NCBI GenBank assembly: GCA_038891095.1
Contig: JAWAEV010000001.1
Coordinates: forward strand, 297,292-361,291
Origin: Candidatus Altiarchaeota archaeon
GTDB taxonomy: Archaea; Altiarchaeota; Altiarchaeia; IMC4; QMZM01
Length of the DNA stretch: 64,000 bases
Direction of reading: 5' to 3'
Made by a program: the position numbers and the translations under genes. Position 1 is the stretch's first letter. Each line of letters opens with the position of its first letter. Positions 57,795 to 64,000 of this stretch are shown in pieces. Below the pieces are notes generated by a model. That model was not told where the DNA came from. It saw nothing but the letters and a program-made list of their open reading frames with translations, and made no database searches.

Positions 57795-58951
57795 AGCAAT
57801 CTTTTTTCACCTTCAAGTTTTCTTATCTCTGTGATATCTTGTATTACTTCTAATGTGCCTAAATACACTCCATTTTGGTCTCTTATAGCGAAATATCTTA
57901 TATGCACAAATCTACCTTTAAAATTTATCCAAAATTCTGCAACATCTCTTTTGCCTGATTTAAAATCATTTAATATTTCTTCAACTTTATCTAAGCTTTG
58001 TGGTGGATGACAATTCCTTACATTTCTCTTAAGAACTGCTCTTGGTCTTAGGAATATTCTATTTTTTGTTTCTGAGAAATATGCAACTGTGTCATTTTTA
58101 TCAATGAATGTTATATCAACTGGTAAATTATTCAATATGTTCACCAACTCTTCTAATGATAATTCTCCTGAAGGAAATTCTATTATTCCGTCATGGTAAA
58201 CTGGCTCCTCAACTGTTGTTCTTTTGATTTCTTCAACAAGTTTTTCTATGTCTTTTGGAGCTTCTATATAACAGTAGCCAACATCCCTACTCTGTTTTAG
58301 AATTTCTATCCAATCATCAATTTTTAGTTTTTCTAAAGACACTGGAAACAAAATGTTCTCTTCTTTGAAAATCATCCCCTCAATTTCTTCAATTAGAGGT
58401 TTTAAAAAATGTGTTAGGTCTTCAGTTTCAACAATGTCAACTTTATTAATCGCATCTCTTAACATCTGCCTTATATCATTGTGCTTACCCCACATAACTT
58501 TTGATGGTCCATAAAATCCCGCTCTCTCTAAGTAGGGGAAAAGCAATTGCTCTTTTCTTGTATAATGCTTATCTATATCTCTGAGTTTGTATAACAATTC
58601 TCTAATTTTCTCTTTTTTTCTTTCTCCCTTTAGTTGAGATAAAATTTTTTCTATTTCTCTATTCTCAAGTTTAAAAATGTATATTGGATGCGCATTTGAA
58701 ACTTCTTTTAGCTCCTGCTTTAATGCTGTTTCGAAAAGCAGTGCATGTACATTACAAAATTTTTTTATTTCCTCAACTGTGATGCCTTCATTTATCAATG
58801 ATTGCTCAATTTCAGCGATTTCATGAGAGGTTATTGTGCCAATTTCTTTAAGTAGGATTTCTTCTGCTTTTTCAAAACTTAAGCCTTGATGTAGTTGCTT
58901 TATTATTTCTTTTACAACTTCTTTCTTTTTGTTTTTAAGAATTTCGGCCAT
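57791..58951 (-). CDS. DUF438-like protein (PAS-like/hemerythrin-like multi-domain sensor family, tentative)
   Basis: 386 aa. 4-nt overlaps on both sides. This gene order with DUF1858 and hemerythrin recurs in anaerobes (from memory). Confidence 0.4.
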   Translation of the reverse strand: MAEILKNKKKEVVKEIIKQLHQGLSFEKAEEILLKEIGTITSHEIAEIEQSLINEGITVEEIKKFCNVHALLFETALKQELKEVSNAHPIYIFKLENREIEKILSQLKGERKKEKIRELLYKLRDIDKHYTRKEQLLFPYLERAGFYGPSKVMWGKHNDIRQMLRDAINKVDIVETEDLTHFLKPLIEEIEGMIFKEENILFPVSLEKLKIDDWIEILKQSRDVGYCYIEAPKDIEKLVEEIKRTTVEEPVYHDGIIEFPSGELSLEELVNILNNLPVDITFIDKNDTVAYFSETKNRIFLRPRAVLKRNVRNCHPPQSLDKVEEILNDFKSGKRDVAEFWINFKGRFVHIRYFAIRDQNGVYLGTLEVIQDITEIRKLEGEKRLL

Positions 58952-59489
58952 TTCTTCTAAGATAAATTTTTCCTAATTTTTCAACTAAGTTGTGATATTT
59001 CCTATGAACACCTTCGCCAATTTCTTCTCTTTCAAATTTTTTAAATTTATTAAAAAGCTCATTTTGAGTTTTATCTGAGAGATGTGCATCTGCCACCATG
59101 TAGAGAATATTATTCTCCTTAGATATATGTTCCCTCAGAAGAGTTATATAGCTAATTGCATTTTTTTCTATCTTTTCTTTATCTTTTTGTTCAATACCAC
59201 TTGCTATTTCTCTCACATATGCTCTACCAATTTCATGTTCAGTGAGCATTACACCTATTGGACCATCTTCCTTTGGAATTCCTGCTCTCTCCATTGCAGG
59301 AAATAATAAATCTTCCTCTTTATGATGATGACACTTATCAGCAAATGTTCTAATGAAATCAACTATTTCAGCTAAATGCTCGTAGTTAACTTCTTTTTCT
59401 ATTTTTGAATTTTCAGAAATTTTTTCTAAGATATCCAACATTTTTTCTATAATTTTATGCTCCTCCTTGAGTATTTTTGTAATTTTCAT
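58935..59489 (-). CDS. Hemerythrin HHE cation-binding domain protein
   Basis: 184 aa. Three H/E-rich di-iron ligand motifs: ILKEEHKIIEK, CHHHKEEDLLFP and EHEIGR...EHISKENNILY. Confidence 0.7.
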   Translation of the reverse strand: MKITKILKEEHKIIEKMLDILEKISENSKIEKEVNYEHLAEIVDFIRTFADKCHHHKEEDLLFPAMERAGIPKEDGPIGVMLTEHEIGRAYVREIASGIEQKDKEKIEKNAISYITLLREHISKENNILYMVADAHLSDKTQNELFNKFKKFEREEIGEGVHRKYHNLVEKLGKIYLRRNGRNS

Positions 59490-59868
59490 TTTTGTATTTA
59501 AGTATACTTTGTATACCTAAGCTTATACTATTAAGAATTTCACATTTATAAATTAAATCTTTCTAAACTTTTCTTAGGATAAAATTATCATTTAAAATAT
59601 TGCCAAAGAACTCTAACAAAGATATGTTTTTGGCTATCTCATCAACATTAATTGAAATTTTAAGGGGATAATAAAGACAGAGACTACATATGATCGATAT
59701 TGCGAGAAATTAGAAAGGTGCCTTTTAATAAAATTCAAAAAGAGATCAACTTTTGGGGAGAACTTATATATAGCTACTTAAACATTTAGATGCTCGATAC
59801 TAAGAAAATTCTAATTTATAAAGGCATCTGCTTAATAAAATACTAAATTTTCTTAGAGAGGTGAAGCA

Positions 59869-59989
59869 AATGAAGAAATTTGAAGATGAAGAGGAAGATG
59901 AGGAAACATATGATGAAGAGGAAACATATGATGAAGAAGAGGTAGACGAAGATTTAAGCGAAGAAGACGAAGAAAGCGACTGGGAATAA
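59869..59989 (+). pseudogene. Tiny Asp/Glu-rich ORF (MKKF|EDEEEDEETYDEEETYDEEEVDEDLSEEDEESDWE) interrupted by a +1 frameshift in a T4 run after codon 4
   Basis: GGTGA Shine-Dalgarno 7 nt upstream of ATG 59869. ATG AAG AAA TTT then TGA. Skipping one T of tttt restores a 39-codon acidic ORF ending at TAA 59987-59989. Contains an 18-nt tandem duplication (gaggaaacatatgatgaa x2). Confidence 0.35.
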
Positions 59990-60067
59990 ATTATGTGAGT
60001 TCTTCTCATAAGAAAATTGTAGCTATTTCCTCTCTTCTTTTTTATTTTTTAGCATTTTCCTCTTCAT

Positions 60068-60520
60068 ATGGAATTTGTAAAAGAAAAAAATATTTGCATA
60101 AGGAAATTTAAATATTCTGATTTATTTGATGTTGTTAACATAGAGTATTCTGTATTCAAAGAGTATGAACACTTTGGACTTTATGACTTTCATTTTTATC
60201 ATAAATATTACCCTTCTTGTTTTCTTGTTGCTCAGAATTTAAAGACAAAAAAGATCATTGGATATGTTATATTTACTCCATATGGACATATAATTTCAAT
60301 TGCAGTTGATCGAAAATACCAACACACTGGTGTTGGTAGGAGATTACTTCTAAAGGCTTTTAGTATTTCAAGAAGAGTATGGCTCGAGGTTGATGAACAC
60401 AATAAAAAAGCGATAAATTTTTATAAACATCTTGGGTTTCGGGAGAGAAAAATTGTTCAAAATTACTATAAAGAAGGTGAGAATGCTATTATTATGGAAA
60501 AAATTCTCAATAAGTTCTGA
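60068..60520 (+). CDS. GNAT-family N-acetyltransferase (RimI-like)
   Basis: 150 aa. Has IAVDRKYQHTGVGRRLL (acetyl-CoA motif A, Q/RxxGxG/A). Confidence 0.75.
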   Translation: MEFVKEKNICIRKFKYSDLFDVVNIEYSVFKEYEHFGLYDFHFYHKYYPSCFLVAQNLKTKKIIGYVIFTPYGHIISIAVDRKYQHTGVGRRLLLKAFSISRRVWLEVDEHNKKAINFYKHLGFRERKIVQNYYKEGENAIIMEKILNKF

Positions 60521-61799
60521 GGTAGCCCCAGTTGTGTAATTTGTCGCTGTCTTCATACCATCTATCCCCAATGTCTTTTCTATAAAACATATTTGGAATT
60601 ATTATATTGTTAATTTTACTATACATTCTATGTTGCGCCTCTCTCATAGTAGAGCCACAACCAACTACTACAAGGACAACTCCGCAATGACCAGTGATAA
60701 CCCACTCGTTATTAACTTTCTTTACATCCTCAATATGAATTCCGCACATGTCAGGTTTTTTGAAAATTATAACTGCATCTTTTGAATGGGTTTCAAAACT
60801 TTCTTTATCATTAAATGGAAAAGGCGGCACAACAATCCTCGCACCGACTTGAAAACCACTTCTTGTTTTTAATTGAAATTTCTCACCTTTTGCTAACTTA
60901 TAAAGAAATTCTCCCATTTGAGTTAACATGCCTTCTCTTTGGATACTTATTGTCGGATATCCAAATCTTGATGTAAATTCTAAAGGATAGATACCATAGT
61001 TATTCACAATGCAGTTTATATCAATATACCCAACATAATGCTCTTCTCTCAGTTTTGGCTCCATTTTTTTTAATGTTGCATTGAATAGTTTATTTGGCTC
61101 TGACCAAAACATACTTGTGCCCATTTCACCAGTTGATGGTCCGAGATTTCCAGGAAACAATTTTTTATGCTCAAAATTTACATTTATTGGATAAATAAAT
61201 TCATTACCATTGAAAAATGCTCCAACAGCAACTTCGACACCTGAAATTTTTTTCTGAAGTTGAAACTCCTTTATTTTGTTAGACCATTGCCTTTTATAGT
61301 GCTCCAAAACCTGGAGTACATCTCTGCCATCTTCTTCTTCGCCAACAAAGAGCATCTGTTTGAAATTTTGAGCTTCACCACTTGGCTTTATGACATATTT
61401 TCCAGGATTATTTTGCACAAATGAAATTGCATCTTCAAATGAATTAAAACTTTGATATGGAATTATTGGCACGCCTGCATTTTTTAATTCTTCTTGTCCA
61501 AAATTTCTATCATCTTCTAACTTATCTGTATAAGGAGTCCCACCAACAACAAGTTTGCCTTCTTCTCTCAATTTTTTTGCTTTAGTTCCCTGTCCTAAAA
61601 CATCATCAAATACAATAACATCTGCCCAAGCAACTTCTTTCTGCCAGTCATCAGTCTTTGGAACAAAACCGTCGCCAATATCTTTCTCTGACTCTGTTTC
61701 GATGAAATACTTTACATTATGTCCTTCTTTTGCAACTTCCCATGCAATATCAGTAATCAACGCATCAATTGAGATAAAGAGAAAATTTTTTGGCTCCAT
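60507..61799 (-). CDS. ATP-grasp enzyme related to phosphoribosylamine-glycine ligase (PurD-like), divergent
   Basis: 430 aa. VIKPSGEAQNFKQMLFV resembles the PurD ATP-grasp B-loop. FEHKKLFPGNLGPSTGEMGTSMFW aligns with the PurD QDHKR..GD.GPNTGGMGAYSP loop. Confidence 0.45.
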   Translation of the reverse strand: MEPKNFLFISIDALITDIAWEVAKEGHNVKYFIETESEKDIGDGFVPKTDDWQKEVAWADVIVFDDVLGQGTKAKKLREEGKLVVGGTPYTDKLEDDRNFGQEELKNAGVPIIPYQSFNSFEDAISFVQNNPGKYVIKPSGEAQNFKQMLFVGEEEDGRDVLQVLEHYKRQWSNKIKEFQLQKKISGVEVAVGAFFNGNEFIYPINVNFEHKKLFPGNLGPSTGEMGTSMFWSEPNKLFNATLKKMEPKLREEHYVGYIDINCIVNNYGIYPLEFTSRFGYPTISIQREGMLTQMGEFLYKLAKGEKFQLKTRSGFQVGARIVVPPFPFNDKESFETHSKDAVIIFKKPDMCGIHIEDVKKVNNEWVITGHCGVVLVVVGCGSTMREAQHRMYSKINNIIIPNMFYRKDIGDRWYEDSDKLHNWGYLRTY

Positions 61800-61953
61800 A
61801 GAAATTTAAATTTTATATTTATTTATTATACTAGAAAATAAAAAAATTATCCAAAAATCTTAATCAAAAATAAATTGCAATAAAAAATTATTGTGTGATT
61901 TAAAAATTTCCCTTTTTATATTCAGCTACATAAATTTAATTTAATGAGGTAAA

Positions 61954-63042
61954 ATGTTAAAATCTCTGATAAATGAAGTATTTAAGAAGGATGATGAAAA
62001 AGCAAGTGGTGAATCTCAGGAATTTTTTGGATCTGAGAGGATTAGGATAACGATTCTTGGAACTGGGGGTGCAGGAAATAATACTGTTAATAGACTTTGT
62101 AGAATTGGAATTTCAGGTGTTGATTTAGTGGCTTGTAATACAGATATGCAAGATCTGAAGAAAATTGATGATAAAATCCAGAAAGTTCTTATTGGGGAGA
62201 AGCTTACTCATGGCTTAGGAGCAGGAGGCTTTCCAGATATTGGAGAAAAAGCAGCTGAAATGTCAAAAGAGAAAATTGCAAAAGCACTTGAAGGGACTCA
62301 CCTTCTTTTTTTAACTGCAGGCATGGGTGGTGGTACTGGCACAGGGTCTGCACCGGTTATAGCACAAATCGCTCATGACTTAGGAGCAATTGTTGTTGCA
62401 GTTGTGACATTTCCGTTTAAACTTGAGCGTGCTAGGCTTGAGAAAGCAAGACAAGGAATTGACAACTTAAGAAAGGTCTCAGATACTGTGATAATAATTG
62501 ATAATAATAAACTAGTTGAGTATGTACCGAATTTACCAATAGATAAAGCATTTATGGTTGCTGATGAAGTTATCGCAAGAGCAGTTAAGGGAATTAGCGA
62601 TACTATTCTTGAACCCTCACTTATAAATTTGGATTTTGCAGATATAAAAGCAGTTATGAGCCATGGAAAAATAGCGATGATGAGTATTGGTGATGGTCAA
62701 GGACCAAATAGGGTTGAGATGGCAGTTAAAAATACTCTCTCCCAGCCATTGTTAGATGTTGACTATACTGGGGCAAAAGGTGCACTTATCCATGTTACTG
62801 GTGGTGAGAGCATGACAATTGGAGAAGCAACAATGGTAGGGAAGCTATTGACTAAGGATATGAGCCATGATGCAAATGTAACATTTGGTGCGAGAGTTGA
62901 TCCTAAGCTGAAGGATAAGTTAGAAGTTTTTGGGATTTTCACAGGTGTTAGGTCACCAAACATTCTTGGGCGAGAAGAAATTTTAGCAGGTCAAGAGCTA
63001 TACACTCCTAAGATTGATAGCTGGGATATAGAAACCCTTTAA
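61954..63042 (+). CDS. ftsZ2: FtsZ paralog 2 (tubulin/FtsZ GTPase)
   Basis: 362 aa. ITILGTGGAGNNTVNRL and GMGGGTGTGSAPVIAQ signatures. Distinct from paralog 1; the catalytic T7-loop region is present (NLDFADIKAVM). Confidence 0.85.
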   Translation: MLKSLINEVFKKDDEKASGESQEFFGSERIRITILGTGGAGNNTVNRLCRIGISGVDLVACNTDMQDLKKIDDKIQKVLIGEKLTHGLGAGGFPDIGEKAAEMSKEKIAKALEGTHLLFLTAGMGGGTGTGSAPVIAQIAHDLGAIVVAVVTFPFKLERARLEKARQGIDNLRKVSDTVIIIDNNKLVEYVPNLPIDKAFMVADEVIARAVKGISDTILEPSLINLDFADIKAVMSHGKIAMMSIGDGQGPNRVEMAVKNTLSQPLLDVDYTGAKGALIHVTGGESMTIGEATMVGKLLTKDMSHDANVTFGARVDPKLKDKLEVFGIFTGVRSPNILGREEILAGQELYTPKIDSWDIETL

Positions 63043-63191
63043 TTTCTATAATGAAAAAGAAGAAAAAGCCAAAACAAGAGTCGGAAGAAGACATTTTAGA
63101 TGACAATTTACCCGAGAGGGAAGAAGAGGAAGATGATGCTATAAAAGGTATATGAAGTACTATAAAAAATTTATTCCTAATTTTCTTTTTT

Positions 63192-64000
63192 ATGACTCTA
63201 AAGGTTTTTAATACTTTAACAAGGCAGAAGGAAAAATTTATTCCTTTAAAGGGAAAGAGAGTTAACATGTTTGTTTGTGGTCCTACTGTTTATGATTTCT
63301 CACATTTAGGACATGCAAGAACTTATGTTGCATTTGATGTAATCGCAAGATATCTTCGTTATAAAGGCTATAGTGTTTTCTATTTGATGAATATAACTGA
63401 CATCGATGATAAAATTATCAATAGAGCAAATGAGAAAAAAATTTCAGCAGAAAAACTTGCAGAAGAGTTTTTAATTGAATTTTTCAAAGATATAAAAGCT
63501 CTGAAAATTGAATCAGTTAATTTATATCAAAAAGCAACAGATTTTATTCCAGAAATAATATCACAAGTCAATGGCCTTGTAGAAAAAGGTTATGCCTATG
63601 AAGTTAATGGTGATGTTTATTATGAAGTGAAAAAATTTTCTGAGTTTGGAAAACTCTCTAAGCAGTCATTAGAAGAGCTAATTGCAGGCGCAAGGGTAGA
63701 AGTTGATAAAAAAAAGAAGAATCCTGAAGATTTTGTTTTATGGAAAAAACAAAAAAAGGGGGAGCCATTCTGGAACTCACCTTGGAGTAATGGCAGACCA
63801 GGTTGGCATATTGAGGATACTGCAATTTCAATTACGCATTTTGGAGAGCAATATGATATCCATGGTGGAGCAATTGATTTAATTTTTCCACATCATGAAG
63901 CGGAAATTGCAATTGCTGAATCACTCACTGGAAAAAAACCATTTGTTAAATATTGGCTTCATACTGGATTTTTAAAAGTAAATGGGGAAAAAATGTCAAA
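63192..64000 (+). CDS. cysS: Cysteinyl-tRNA synthetase, 3'-truncated by the window edge
   Basis: ATG at 63192. MFVCGPTVYDFSHLGHAR (HIGH motif region), WHIEDTAIS, and KMSKS beginning at the window end (GEKMS). Not in the ORF track because there is no stop within the window. Confidence 0.85.
   Translation, partial: MTLKVFNTLTRQKEKFIPLKGKRVNMFVCGPTVYDFSHLGHARTYVAFDVIARYLRYKGYSVFYLMNITDIDDKIINRANEKKISAEKLAEEFLIEFFKDIKALKIESVNLYQKATDFIPEIISQVNGLVEKGYAYEVNGDVYYEVKKFSEFGKLSKQSLEELIAGARVEVDKKKKNPEDFVLWKKQKKGEPFWNSPWSNGRPGWHIEDTAISITHFGEQYDIHGGAIDLIFPHHEAEIAIAESLTGKKPFVKYWLHTGFLKVNGEKMS

Noticed and set aside
59800-60009. Ser-rich 69-aa minus-strand ORF.
   Set aside because: It is the reverse complement of the GAA/GAG purine-rich tract. 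Its composition is extreme low complexity, and the plus-strand acidic micro-ORF with a Shine-Dalgarno element is the more plausible coding sense, if any.
63008-63268. 86-aa minus-strand ORF overlapping the ftsZ2 3' end and the charged micro-ORF.
   Set aside because: It has Ser/Phe-rich low-complexity composition, overlaps a confidently called gene, and has no motif support.
1-64000. CRISPR arrays, rRNA genes and IS/transposase/integrase genes.
   Set aside because: No regularly spaced direct repeats, no rRNA-like GC-rich blocks longer than the tRNAs, and no transposase or integrase motifs were seen on either strand.

Overview
This is a gene-dense, AT-rich (roughly 30% GC) 64-kb chromosomal segment from an archaeon. 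The archaeal assignment rests on FEN1, RFC, aIF6, ABCE1, Cdc48, Spt5 and SecE, the e-type ribosomal proteins L15e, L31e, L35Ae and S3Ae, and an intron-containing tRNA with a bulge-helix-bulge motif. Small proteins, 1-4 nt gene overlaps, short intergenic regions and lineage-specific truncations (P0 without an acidic tail) suggest a small-genome, DPANN-like symbiont or fermenter; this is inference. Content by group: (1) Replication and repair: FEN1, RFC large subunit, RecJ/GAN-like DHH nuclease, a HerA-like ATPase, and an AlkD-like DNA alkylation repair enzyme. (2) Translation and RNA: r-proteins L15e, L10/P0, L1, L11, L35Ae, S15, S3Ae and L31e; aIF6; ABCE1; TrpRS; a partial CysRS; RNase Z; TruD; Csl4; and three tRNAs (Pro-UGG, Phe-GAA with a ~60-nt intron, and Ser-UGA on the minus strand). 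(3) Other informational genes: the conserved ftsZ-secE-spt5-rpl11-rpl1-rpl10 cluster, a second FtsZ paralog, Cdc48, and a bacterial-type grpE-dnaK-dnaJ operon. (4) Metabolism: the pyruvate:ferredoxin oxidoreductase operon porGDAB, class I fumarase alpha and beta subunits, AMP phosphorylase, archaeal NMN adenylyltransferase, Nnr, myo-inositol-1-phosphate synthase next to a CDP-alcohol phosphatidyltransferase, a Zn-dependent alcohol dehydrogenase, and a PurD-like ATP-grasp enzyme. (5) Redox modules: a cytochrome b5-like protein next to a NOX/ferric-reductase-like flavocytochrome, and a hemerythrin-DUF438-DUF1858 operon. No rRNA, CRISPR array, transposase or integrase was seen. Most notable finding: a radical SAM/SPASM enzyme, a secreted protein with a double-psi-beta-barrel/3D-like domain, and a small membrane ORF sit inside the otherwise conserved rpl11-rpl1-rpl10 ribosomal operon. 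Other findings: an ATP-cone/PD-(D/E)xK nuclease fusion; L11 with a coiled-coil C-terminal extension; a GC-rich structured non-coding island at 1.1-1.3 kb; and a tiny Asp/Glu-rich ORF interrupted by a one-nucleotide frameshift in a T4 run.
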